Shown here in pieces: positions 35,805 through 47,715 of a stretch of 64,000 bases of DNA. This stretch comes from Macrostomum lignano (Eukaryota), in assembly GCA_002269645.1 (NCBI GenBank), contig NIVC01000012.1, forward strand, positions 434,001 through 498,000. Direction: 5' to 3'. Under the pieces are notes generated by a model. It saw only the letters and a program-made list of their open reading frames with translations. It had not been told where the DNA came from and did no database searches. The position numbers were made by a program, and so were the translations under genes. Position 1 is the first letter of the stretch. Each line of letters begins with the position of its first letter.

Positions 35805-36108
35805 AATACATTTTAATACACCTGCCCTAATGAGCAGGTGTGCAATCGACAGCTCAGCCGCAGATATTGCGCGGCGCATCTGAAGGCTGCGTACGGCTGT
35901 TCAGTCCAAGGACTGGGGGGGGGTCGGGTCGCCACACACAGCCTCAATTACCCCAGCTAATGCTGACACCCATTTTACAGCTGGGTGAACTGAAGCAATG
36001 CAGAGTTAAGCGTCTTGCTCAAAGACACCTCGTATTCCGAATGGGTCGAGAATCGAACCCTCGACCTTTCCGTTTCGAGTCCGACACGCGCTCTACCACT
36101 GTGCTACA
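35805..36108 (-). mobile_element. tRNA-derived CORE-type SINE, copy 2 (longer)
   Basis: Reverse complement nearly identical to 17874-18010, plus ~60 nt absent from copy 1. Confidence 0.85.
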
Positions 36109-36119
36109 ATCCCTAGTGT

Positions 36120-37190
36120 ATTGTAGAGTGTTCTACCTCCCGTAAAGAAAACATAAAAGTGTTAACGTACTACTCACACATTTTATACAGTAGTAATTTG
36201 AAGAGCATGGATAAAGGTATGCTTTGAATTATAAGTATATTCTGACTAACCAATAGGAAGAGAGAGACCTTGAGCATGCTAAATTTAGAAATCACCCAAT
36301 CACGTGTAACCTGTACTTGTCAAACGCAAACCCCAGGAGAAATGCATCATTCAACCGTACGCACGTGAACCAATCAAATGTAACTAAAAATAACTCGAAT
36401 GCGATAACCAATCACGCGTTTTTACACTAAACCAATGGAGTAACTTTCTAACCTGCCATGTTTGACAGCAACCAAACCGTGACCCTTTTGACAGTTGAAG
36501 AGTTGTACCCACGTGACTTCATGGGGGTCCATTTGCCTATAAATACAAGTGGTCCGGAACGGACCCGGAGCCACAGTTTCTCCGAGAGAGAAAGCTCCAA
36601 AGAGGAAGCTCTGCAGCAGACTTCCTGAAGCAACTCGAAGACGTGGTCGAGTTCTTGCGGTAAGCCTTACTCATTTGCGCCTGTTAGTTGAGACGTCTCG
36701 CTCAAGTCCAAGAGTGACTTGAGTTTATTGTGAGTCTGTTGAGACTCCTGAGTCTGTTTAGACTCCACTGGTTGCAGTCTCCAGAAGGACTGCCCCTGAT
36801 AGATCTTAGAAGACTATCAGTGGTTTCCGGAGCTATACTGTACCTAGAGTGCATAGAGGCACTGCTAGGAGTAGGCTTATATTAAACCGCAGTTTGGCGC
36901 AGGGTACCCATTGTTAATTTGGAAGCTTCCCATTGGTCCGAACGACAGATTCCGGCCGGAACTACTTCTACAGGAAAGAAGAAGGAAACTCGAACCTGAC
37001 CTACACCTGAAGACGTCTAGAAGTCTACGAGATCTACCGAGAGATCTACAGTTGAGAACGACTCAAGGACGAGACTTAAAAATCCGGATTAAAGGTAATT
37101 GAATACCTTCTGTTGACTTACTGGGTTGCCTAGCTACTGAGCTAGAAGTGATTGTTCCTTGATTACAGTTGAGGACTGGTAATAAGGAAC
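36120..37190 (+). mobile_element. Solo-LTR-like, promoter-bearing insert in Nischarin intron 3
   Basis: Five CCAAT boxes (~36249, 36296, 36370, 36407, 36431), then ctataaata (~36537); no TSD or partner LTR found. Confidence 0.4.
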
Positions 37191-37235
37191 ACATCAGTAT
37201 ATGCAAAATAAGGAATTATTAATAGGTTAACCTAC

Positions 37236-37424
37236 ATATCTTTCCCAGTGTAGAAAATTAGTAAACGGCTGAGGCGGCCTATCGAACACGGTGACCAAGG
37301 ATTGCAAGTAAGCTGACAGGCGTTTCTGCCTGTCCTGTACGAATTTCACAGTTAAGTGGCCGATTGACTTCTTTGGAGGAAATTTTGCCACAGATTTCAT
37401 TTCGGTTGCGCGATCTCTGCACAG
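37236..37424 (-). CDS. nisch: Nischarin-like exon 3 (PX domain C-half)
   Basis: FPPKKSIGH..RQKRLSAYLQSL..FLHWERY; 63 codons, tttcag / GTAGGT. Confidence 0.9.
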
Positions 37425-37469
37425 CTGAAAATGGTGCCAACGGGGAAAGTGTGCGGCATTAATTAACCA

Positions 37470-39170
37470 GGTTACTACCTGATATCCAGGTTTCACTACC
37501 TGATAACCAGGTTTCACTACCTGATATCCAGGTTTCACTACCTGATAACCAGGTTTCACTACCTAATAACCAGAGGTTTCACTCCTTAATAACCAGGTTT
37601 CACTCCTTAATAACCAGGTTTCACTCCTTAATAACCAGGTTTCACTCCTTAATAACCAGGTTTCACTCCTTAATAACCAGGTTTCACTACCTAGCAATCA
37701 GGTTTCACTACCTAATAACCAGAGGTTTCACTACCTAATAAAACAGGTTTCACTACCTAATAACCAGAGGTTTCACTACCAAATAACAAGGTTTCACTAT
37801 CTGGTAACCAGGTTTCACTACCTAATAACCAGGTTTCACTACTTAGTATTCAGGTTTCACTACCAAAAAAAGGTTTCACTACCTGATATCCAGGTTTCAC
37901 TACCTAATAACCAGGTTTCACTACCTGATATCCAGGTTTGACTAACCTAATAACCGGGTTTCACTCCTTAATAACCAGGTTTCACTCCTTAATAACCAGG
38001 TTTCACTACCTAGTAATCAGGTTTCACTACCTAATAACCAGAGGTTTCACTCCTTAATAACTAGGTTTCACTCGTTAATAACCAGCTTTCACTACCTAGT
38101 AATCAGGTTCCACTACCTAATAACCAGAGGTTTCACTACCTAATAAACAGGTTTCACTACCTAATAACCAGAGGTTTCACTCCTTAATAACCAGGTTTCA
38201 CTACCTAGTAATCAGGTTTCACTACCTAATAACCAGAGGTTTCACTACCTAATAAACAGGTTTCACTACCTAAAAACCAGAGGTTTCACTCCTTAATAAC
38301 TAGGTTTCACTCGTTAATAACCAGCTTTCACTACCTAGTAATCAGGTTCCACTACCTAATAACCAGAGGTTTCACTACCTAATAAACAGGTTTCACTACC
38401 TAATAACCAGAGGTTTCACTCCTTAATAACCAGGTTTCACTACCTAATAGCCAGGTTTCACTACCTAATAACCAGGTTTCACTATCTGGTAACCAGGTTT
38501 CCCTACCTAATAACCAGATTTCACTACCTAATAACCAGGTTTCACTCCTTAATAATCAGGTTTCAATACTTAGTATTCAGGTTTCACTATTAAAAAACCA
38601 GGTTTCACTACCTTATAACCAGGTTTCACTACCTACTAACCAGGTTTCACTCCTTAATAACCAGGTTTTACTACCTACCAACTAGGTTTCACTCCTTAAT
38701 AAACAGGTTTCACTACCTGATACGCAGGTTTCACTACCTAATAACCAGGTTTCACTACCTAATAACCAGGTTTCACTATCTGGTAACCAGGTTTCACTAC
38801 CTAGTAACCAGGTTTCAATACCTAATAACCAGAGGTTTCACTACTTAATAGTTAGGTCTCACTACCCAATAACCAGGTTTCAATACCTAATAACCGGGTT
38901 TAACCACGTGATAACCAGGTTTCACTTCTTAACCTACTTGGTAGGTTTCACTACCTAGTAACCAGGTTTCTTTACCTCTTAACTAGGTTTCACTACCTAG
39001 TAACCAGGTTTCTTTACCTCTTAACTAGGTTTCACTACCTAATACCCAGGTTTCACTCCATGATAACCACCACCTGATAACTAGGTTTCACTACCTAGTA
39101 ACCAGGTTTCTTTACCTCTTAACCAGGTTTCTTTACCTCTTAACCAGGTTTCACCACCTGATAACCAGGT
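37470..39170. repeat. ~21-23-bp degenerate minisatellite (ggtttcactacctaataacca), intron 2
   Basis: Directly visible. Confidence 0.93.
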
Positions 39171-39289
39171 TTCAATGCTCAATAAGCAAATTTACCACTG
39201 ATAAACGAGTGCCTATATCTAGTAACGAGATTCCAACATAATAATCTAATTTTAAAGACAATAAGAAAATACCAAAAAACAAAACTCAC

Positions 39290-39373
39290 AGTCTCGTGCA
39301 GATAATGAAACTCTTTGAAACGACGCTTCACTTGCCATTTGACCGAATCGATTTGCACCTCAATCAGATAGGT
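39290..39373 (-). CDS. nisch: Nischarin-like exon 2 (PX domain)
   Basis: TYLIEVQIDSVKWQVKRRFKEFHYLHET (PX RRY/F..F..LH motif); not in the ORF track; 28 codons, tacag / GTGAGT. Confidence 0.88.
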
Positions 39374-39459
39374 CTGTAATTAAAATAATAGTTGAATAAT
39401 TACGCGTCTTCCATTACAATATGTCTCATGCGTTAATGAAGACAAGAAGTAATTCTCAC

Positions 39460-39543
39460 AGTGTGATCTTCAGAAATTTCGAAGCCAGCTACGCGTATAT
39501 TAATTATGCGTCTTCGTCCAGTCTCGTCAATTAGGGAGGCCAT
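39460..39543 (-). CDS. nisch: Nischarin-like exon 1
   Basis: MASLIDETGRRRIINIRVAGFEISEDHT|GTGAGA, phase 0; resembles NISCH ARVVGSELVDTYT. Total model is 1139 aa. Confidence 0.8.
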
Positions 39544-39689
39544 GACAAGATGTTGTGCGCAAAATATTTGTTATTTTCAAAACAAAATCAGCTTTGAAAA
39601 AAATTATTGCACTTGCATTGTGCTAGCTAGCATGCAAGTGAGAGTAAAATGAAAATTTTATCCTACGGTCTGTTGTTATGCGTTTGATT

Positions 39690-40510
39690 GGAGCTGGGTG
39701 ATTAGTGTACATTCTATGGCTAGTCTGATTGGAGCTGGGTGACTAGTGTACATTCTATGGCTAGTCTGATTGGAGCTGGGTGACTAGTGTACATTCTATG
39801 GCTAGTCTGATTGGAGCTGGGTGACTAGTGTACATTCTATGGCTAGTCTGATTGGAGCTTGGGTGACTAGTGTACATTCTATGGCTAGTCTGATTGGAGC
39901 TGGGTGACTAGTGTACATTCTATGGCTAGTCTGATTGGAGCTGGGTGACTAGTGTACATTCTATGGCTAGTCTGATTGGAGCTTGGGTGACTAGTGTACA
40001 TTCTATGGCTAGTCTGATTGGAGCTGGGTGACTAGTGTACATTCTATGGCTAGTCTGATTGGAGCTTGGGTGACTAGTGTACATTCTATGGCTAGTCTGA
40101 TTGGAGCTGGGTGACTAGTGTACATTCTATGGCTAGTCTGATTGGAGCTGGGTGCCTAGTGTACATTCTATGGCTAGTCTGATTGGAGCTGGGTGACTAG
40201 TGTACATTCTATGGCTAGTCTGATTGGAGCTGGGTGCCTAGTGTACATTCTATGGCTAGTCTGATTGGAGCTGGGTGACTAGTGTACATTCTATGGCTAG
40301 TCTGATTGGAGCTGGGTGACTAGTGTACATTCTATGGCTAGTCTGATTGGAGCTGGGTGACTAGTGTACATTCTATGGCTAGTCTGATTGGAGCTGGGTG
40401 CCTAGTGTACATTCTATGGCTAGTCTGATTGGAGCTGGGTGACTAGTGTACATTCTATGGCTAGTCTGATTGGAGCTGGGTGACTAGTGTACATTCTATG
40501 GCTAGTCTGT
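39690..40510. repeat. 41-bp minisatellite just upstream of the Nischarin-like ATG
   Basis: Period 41 (39721/39762), ~20 units, each containing gattgg (CCAATC on the gene strand). Confidence 0.95.
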
Positions 40511-41316
40511 CTGAAGCCGAGTGTACATTCAGTGAGGGGGTGGGTGGGGAGGTGTGAGGTGGCTGTGGTTCTGAAATAAACAAGATAAAAAACAACAACG
40601 AATCAAAAAAATTTGCAAACATCCAGAAAGCCATTGAATTTATTAGACTGACATAGTTAAGAAAAACACTGATACAGATGACATTTTGAACAGCACTACA
40701 TGTAGCGCGTTAGACTACTGTTAACAAATAATATCTATCTTTTGTATTAACATACAAAAATCAATGCATTAATAGATAGAAAAACAAAAAGTGTACAAAA
40801 TAAGCGCTAAGTTTTTTTTTCAGGTCAAAATTTATTAATGAGAGATTGTGATTAACTCCGACTAACTGTTTTTTTTTCTAAATGACAATATCTTTTATAT
40901 TGTACGAGTACTTTAGCAATAGCAGCGCCTATACAAATATGATTGAGTTAATAATGAACTACATGTACCAAAGAGAGAGAAAGCAAACAAGTAAGCTGTA
41001 CTTCACACGCGCGCAGAAAACACTGATTGCATAGAACGGGTCGTTGCTGCTAAACAGATTTAAGACAAAAAAAGCAATAAATAATTAAAATAATATCATT
41101 GATAGTAATAACACAGACATGTCGAAACCTTTTACCTGAATTTAATTAAACCAACTCAAACAGCGTATAGAGAAACTCTTAGTTTACAATGACGCAACAG
41201 CTGCAGTTATCTAATCGTCCTCTAAGCGTCCAACTAGCAAAAAAATCGGTCAACTACCATAGACAAATCGGTGACTCGATTCATTTAAGAGTAAAATAGT
41301 CTATGGTCAAAAGTCT

Positions 41317-41625
41317 GGGTCCGTAGCCTAGTGGTCTAGCGCTGTCCAGGCTCGATTCCAAGTGCAGTCACATTAATTTGGGGCTGAATTGGAATCTCAG
41401 CTTGGCTCTGCTCGTGCAATTAACAGCCTTGAGAGCCAACCCCCCAAGGCGCAGTGAAGTGTACATGCCTAACAATAAATAAAGTTAGGGTCGCTGTACA
41501 CTCCTGTGTGAGTGTGTGCCTGCGTACGTATCCGCGCGCTTGTGCGCCTGCTCAGGGGAGTCGGCGGAATGGGCAGTAATGCCTCTCGCCGGTTGTGTGC
41601 CTATGTCGCTTAAAGTGCGCCAGGG
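41317..41625 (+). mobile_element. SINE family 2, copy B (uninterrupted)
   Basis: A box tagcctagtgg, B box ggctcgattcc; body matches 28670-29357(-). Confidence 0.8.
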
Positions 41626-42239
41626 TGCACACAGCCCCCCCCCCCTGCCTCCAATAAAAAACATGGTCACAAGCGGGGCTTCGGCGTAAATGTCTATGGC
41701 ACAAATACCAATAATTATATACAATCATGCTTTGCGGCTATCAACGCCATTAACCGTTTCGTACTTGAAAAGTAAATAAAAGGAAAAAAACAAATTTAAA
41801 AAGCCATTAGTTACTTACTACTCTAATTTAATTACAAACATATTGCACAAATTACCCGCCCCGTGGGACTATAAAGTCGACGACAAGACTAGAAGAGAAA
41901 AAAATGGAAAAATAAAACATTTAGGCGAAAATAAATGAATACCAAATACTGACTTTATCTGACTGATTGACTCTGAACGGTGAATGATTGACACCTGAAT
42001 ATTATCAAGTAGTCTTAAGCCACAGCAATTATTTAATAAAAGGTAGAAGCTGCAAAATTACAAAACCGCTCACTTGCGCGCACAGACAAGCAGGTAACAA
42101 ATAACAGTTAAAGCTGTTTTAGTATACAAAAAACTCTATAGCACACAACATAATCGAGAGCTGAGTGTGAACTGAAAGATGCCTCAAAACTTTTAAACAT
42201 TTTTTCCAATTATTTTTACTGGCATTCGAACTCTAGCGT

Positions 42240-43310
42240 CTAATGACCAGTTAAAGTGACCAATGACCATTTAAAGTAGCCAATGATCAACTAAAGTAGC
42301 TAATGACCAACTAAAGTAACCAATAATACCATTTGAAGTAGTCAATGACCCTAAAGTGACCAATAATACCATTTAAAGTAGCCAATGACCATTTAAAGTA
42401 GCGAATGATCAACTAAAGTAGCCAATGATCAACTAAAGTAGCGAATGATCAACTAAAGTAGCCAATGATCAACTAAAGTAGCCAATGATCAACTAAAGTA
42501 GCCAATGATCAACTAAAGTAGCCAATGATCTACTAAAGTAGCCAATGATCTACTAAAGTAGCCAATGATCAACTAAAGTAGCCAATGATCTACTAAAGTA
42601 GCCAATGATCAACTAAAGTAGCCAATGATCTACTAAAGTAGCCAATGATCAACTAAAGTAGCGAATGATCAACTAAAGTAGCCAATGATCAACTAAAGTA
42701 GCCAATGATCTACTAAAGTAGCTAATGACCAACTAAAGTAACCAATAATACCATTTGAAGTAGTCAATGACTAGTTAAAGTGACCAATAACTATTTAAAG
42801 TAGCCAATGATCAACTAAACTAGCCAATGATCAACTACAGTAGCACATGACCATTTCAAGTAGCACATGACCATTTAAAGTAACCAATAACCATTTAAAG
42901 TAGCCAATGAACATTTAAATTAGCCAATGACCAATTAAAGTTGCCAACGACCATTTAAAGTAGCCAATGACCATTTAAAGTAGCCAATGACCATTTAAAG
43001 TAACCAATAACCATTTAAAGTAGCCAATGAACATTTAAATTAGCCAATGACCAATTAAAGTTGCCAACGACCATTTAAGTAGATAATGACCAACTAAAGT
43101 AATGATCAACTAAAGTAAGTTAATGACCATTTCAAGTAGCCAATGACCATTTAAAGTCGCCAATGACCATTTCAAGTAGCCAATGACCATTTAAAGTCGC
43201 CAATGACCATTTAAATTAGCCAATGACCAATTAAAGTTGCCAACGACCATTTAAGTAGATAATGACCAACTAAAGTAACCAATAACACCATTTAAAGTAG
43301 CCAATGACCA
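42240..43310. repeat. 20-bp minisatellite (gccaatgatcaactaaagta)
   Basis: Homogeneous core with degenerate flanks. Confidence 0.93.
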
Positions 43311-43448
43311 TTCCATGAGTAAGCTCTGAATTGAAGTTACCAATAATAATATTACACATTTAATATAGACAAACATAAACAGTAATTAGTGCATTAAAAC
43401 AAATTAGCAAAAATTTACTATTCGATTAGTCTTATTGGTAAATAAGAT

Positions 43449-43796
43449 TTAAAATGGTACAACGCGTTGATTAGGATCAGTATTGGACGCAGAGGCCTGG
43501 TGATGATAAAGAATCTGCTGCTGCTGTTGCTGTGGCTGCTGAATGAAACTAACTCGGCCGCTAGATGGATGATATTGTATTGTCTGCATCTGGGGCTGCT
43601 GCTGCTGCTGGTACTGTTCACCAGGGTTGTAGAAATTATTGTAAGAATCCGACCGATTAGAATGGGATAGCAACGGATCTCCCATTGTCATCCCAACAAC
43701 AGCCGAGGGGACGCCAGGAGCTCCAGCGGAGGTCTGCGATATCTGTTGCGATGGTGGGGTAAGTGCCATTGTTGATCGGGATTGCGAATAGCGGCA
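43449..43796 (-). CDS. ZDHHC5/8: ZDHHC5/8-like last exon (Gln-rich cytosolic tail)
   Basis: taattag|CRYSQSRSTMALTPP...QRVVPF*; phase 0 matches the upstream donor. Low complexity, no direct homology. Confidence 0.6.
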   Translation of the reverse strand, partial: CRYSQSRSTMALTPPSQQISQTSAGAPGVPSAVVGMTMGDPLLSHSNRSDSYNNFYNPGEQYQQQQQPQMQTIQYHPSSGRVSFIQQPQQQQQQILYHHQASASNTDPNQRVVPF

Positions 43797-43904
43797 CTAA
43801 TTACTGTTAGATTAATTACTGACTGACTGATACTGTATCCGACACACTGGCTGACTCTTGACACTTTATTTAGACAAGGGCTAAGAACATTGGTTAATTT
43901 GACA

Positions 43905-44550
43905 GAGGCTAATGACAGGGGCTAAGGACAGGAGCTAATGACAGAGGCTAATGACAGGGGCTAAGGACAGGAGCTAATGACAGAGGCTAATGACAGGGGC
44001 TAAGGACAGGAGCTAATGACAGAGGCTAATGACAGGGGCTAAGGACAGGAGCTAATGACAGAGGCTAATGACAGGGGCTAAGGACAGGAGCTAATGACAG
44101 AGGCTAATGACAGGGGCTAAGGACAGGAGCTAATGACAGAGGCTAATGACAGGGGCTAAGGACAGGAGCTAATGACAGAGGCTAATGACAGGGGCAAATG
44201 ACAGGGGCTAATGACAGGGGCTAATGACAGGGGCTAATGACAGGGGCTAAGGACAGGGGCTAAGGACAGGGGCTAATGACAGGGGCTAATGACAGGGACT
44301 AAGGACAGGAGCTAATGAGAGGGACTTAGGACAGGAGCTAAGGACAGGGACTAAGGACAGGCTAAGGACAGGAGCTAAGGACAGGGACTAAGGACAGGCT
44401 AAGGACAGAAGCTAATGACAGGGACTTAGGACAGGGGCTAAGGACAGGGGCTAAGGACAGGGGCTAAGGACAGGGGCTAAGGACAGGAGCTAAGGACAGA
44501 GGCTAAGGACAGGGGCTAAGGACAGGGGCTAATGATAGGGGCTAATGAAA
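43905..44550. repeat. ~13-bp minisatellite (ctaatgacagggg/ctaaggacagga), intronic
   Basis: Directly visible. Confidence 0.93.
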
Positions 44551-44609
44551 GGGCCCAAATACAGGGGGCTAATGCCAAACAAGCAGACAAGACACCAGCG
44601 ACAACTCAC

Positions 44610-44975
44610 AGTCCGCTCTCCCCTAGAAGCCGTCCTAACAACTCCGCCCGACTGTTGCTGCCGGCCATTGTTGCTAGGGGAAACGACAACAACGGTCGAA
44701 GCCGATGGTGGATGCTGACGCGGCGGAGCTGACGGGTAGCCATCTCCGGCTGCCGAGGCCACCACGACTCGGTGATGGTCGTCTTCGACATTGGCCTCGT
44801 CGTAGGCGTAGTCGCCAGCCCGGAGTCGCTGCTGCCGAGCTCGCCTAGCAGTCCTTGCCGTTGAAGCCGCGGGCCGCGACGGCCTGGGGAACTGGGCGCT
44901 GCACAATGCCCACAGACAGTTGGCACGGCAACCCCGATCGAACGGATTACCTCCGACAGGGTATTTGTGCGTCAC
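44610..44975 (-). CDS. ZDHHC5/8: ZDHHC5/8-like exon (post-TTxE PaCCT region and tail)
   Basis: VTHKYPVGGNPFDRGCRANCLWALCS matches [26 protein letters not shown]; ctcag / GTGAGT, 122 codons. Confidence 0.88.
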
Positions 44976-45019
44976 CTGAGCATGGGTTGGGAAAATCTTT
45001 GTTGTTTGATAATGAGGAT

Positions 45020-47090
45020 AACTCAAGATGGGATCTATCTCCATGGGATAGGGGATAACTTGAGATGGGATCTATCTCTGTGGGATAGGGGATAACTTGA
45101 GATGGGATCTATCTCTGTGGGATAGGGGATAAATCTATATGGGATCTATCTCCGTGGGATAGGGGATAACTATACTAGGGATCTATCTCGTGGGATAGGG
45201 GATAAATCTACAAGGGATCTCTCTCTATGGGATAGGTGATAACTCTACATGGGATCTATCTCTATGGGATAGGTGATAACTCTACATGGGATCTATCTCG
45301 TGGGATAGGGGATAAATCTACAAGGGATCTCTCTCTATGGGATAGGTGATAACTCTACATGGGATCTATCTCGTGGGATAGGGGATAAATCTACAAGGGA
45401 TCTCTCTCTATGGGATAGGTGATAACTCTACATGGGATCTATCTCGTGGCCCGTGGGATAGGGGATAAATATACATGGGATCTATCTCCGTAGGATAGGG
45501 GATAAATCTACATGGGATGTATCCGCATGGGATAAGGAAAAAATCTACATGGGATCTATCCCCGAGGTATAGGGGATAAATCTACATGGGATATCTATCC
45601 GCATGGGATAGGGGATAACTCTACATGAGATCTATCTCCGTGGGATAGGGGATAACTCTACATGGGATATCTATCCACATGGGATAGGGATAACTCAACA
45701 TGGGATCTATCCACATGGGATAGGGGATAACTCTACATGGGATCTATCTCTATGGGATAGGTGATAACTCTACATGGGATCTATCTCGTGGGATAGGGGA
45801 TAAATCTACATGGGATCTATCTCGTGGCCCGTTGGATAGGGGATAAATCTACATGGGATCTATCTCCGTAGGATAGGGGATAAATCTATATGGGATCTAT
45901 CTCTATAGGATAGAGGATAAATCTACATGGGATCTATCTCTATGGGATAGGTGATAACTCTACATGGGATATATCTCCGTAGGATAGGGGATAAATCTAC
46001 ATGAATTGTATCCGCATGGGATAGGGGAAAAATCTACATGGGATCTATCCCCAAGGTATAGGGGATAAATCTACATGGGATATCTATCCGCATGGGATAG
46101 GGGATAACTCTACATGAGATCTATCTCCGTGGGATAGGGGATAACTCTACATGGGATATCTATCCACATGGGATAGGGATAACTCAACATGGGATCTATC
46201 CACATGGGATAGGGGATAACTCTACATGGGATCTATCTATATGGGATAGGTGATAACTCTACATGGGATCTATCTCGTGGGATAGGGGATAAATCTACAT
46301 GGGATCTATCTCGTGGCCCGTTGGATAGGGGATAAATCTACATGGGATCTATCTCCGTAGGATAGGGGATAAATCTATATGGGATCTATCTCTATAGGAT
46401 AGAGGATAAATCTACATGGGATCTATCTCTATGGGATAGGTGATAACTCTACATGGGATATATCTCCGTAGGATAGGGGATAAATCTACATGAATTGTAT
46501 CCGCATGGGATAGGGGAAAAATCTACATGGGATCTATCCCCAAGGTATAGGGGATAAATCTACATGGGATATCTATCCGCATGGGATAGGGGATAACTCT
46601 ACATGGGATCTATCTCTATGGGATAGGTGATAACTCTACATGAGATCTATCTCCGTGGGATAGGGGATAACTCTACATGGGATATCTATTCACATGGGAT
46701 AGGGATAACTCAACATGGGATCTATCCACATGGGATAGGGGATAGCTCTACATGGGATCTATCCACATGGGATAGGGGATAAATCTACATGGGATCTATC
46801 TCTATGAGATAGGTGATAACTCTACAAGGGATCTATCTCTATGGGATAGGGGACAGATCTACATGGGATCTATCTCCGTGGGATAGGGGATAAATCTACA
46901 TGGGATCTATCTCCGTGGGATAGGGGATAACTCTACTAGGAATCTATCTCCGTGGAATAGGGGATAAATCTACATGGGATCTATCTCTATGGGATAGGGG
47001 ATAACTCTACTAGGGATCTATCTCGTGGGATAGGGGATAGCTCTATATGGGATCTATCTCCATGGGATAGTGGATAATTCTAGGGGATCT
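45020..47090. repeat. ~37-bp minisatellite with higher-order duplication, intronic
   Basis: gggataggggataaatctacatgggatctatctccgt; the rare variant gaattgtatccgc recurs 489 bp apart (46003, 46492). Confidence 0.93.
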
Positions 47091-47159
47091 ATTCATAAAT
47101 AAACACATGAGACAAAAGAGTCATCGGAAATCATAAACAATGCAAACGCCAAAACAAAC

Positions 47160-47715
47160 CTGTTCATTAGTCGTGAGCCCCCTGCTAACTAAGAAGAAAT
47201 GAAAGCCTGTCAGGCCAGTCACAGGCACAAACAGCAAGCCAGCGACTACAATAATGACAATAGAGACAATTGGTTCCGCTTGATTCAATCGCTCTCGATT
47301 CATCACAATGTGATAGACGCAAGCAACCAGCACGCCGGCAATGTGCAGAGTCAGCGATACCAAGAAGAAAAAGAATGCGCGGTAATTCCGCCGGCCAATA
47401 CAGTTATTAACCCACGGACAATGATGATCGAACGTGTCAATGCACTGATCGCAGGCTGAACAATGCGAACACCTGGGCGGCCGATAGAACTGACAGGTTG
47501 AACACCATTTGATTTTTGATTGGCAGCCTCGAACAGTGACAGGTTTAAATAATAATCCGCGGATTTCGTCTTCTCTAGCCTCCTCGGCGGTGGCTCGCGG
47601 ATATAAGCCGGGGTCTAGGAAGGTGGCCCGGGTAAAATTGGCCACGACAAAGAATACGATTAGGGCGTGGACTGCTGGCACCGCGGCTGACAAAGTCTCG
47701 GCTAGGTAAGGCGAC
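47160..47715 (-). CDS. ZDHHC5/8: ZDHHC5/8-like palmitoyltransferase catalytic exon (DHHC-CRD)
   Basis: [67 protein letters not shown]; ctcag acceptor (phase 2). The first coding exon was not located. Confidence 0.95.
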
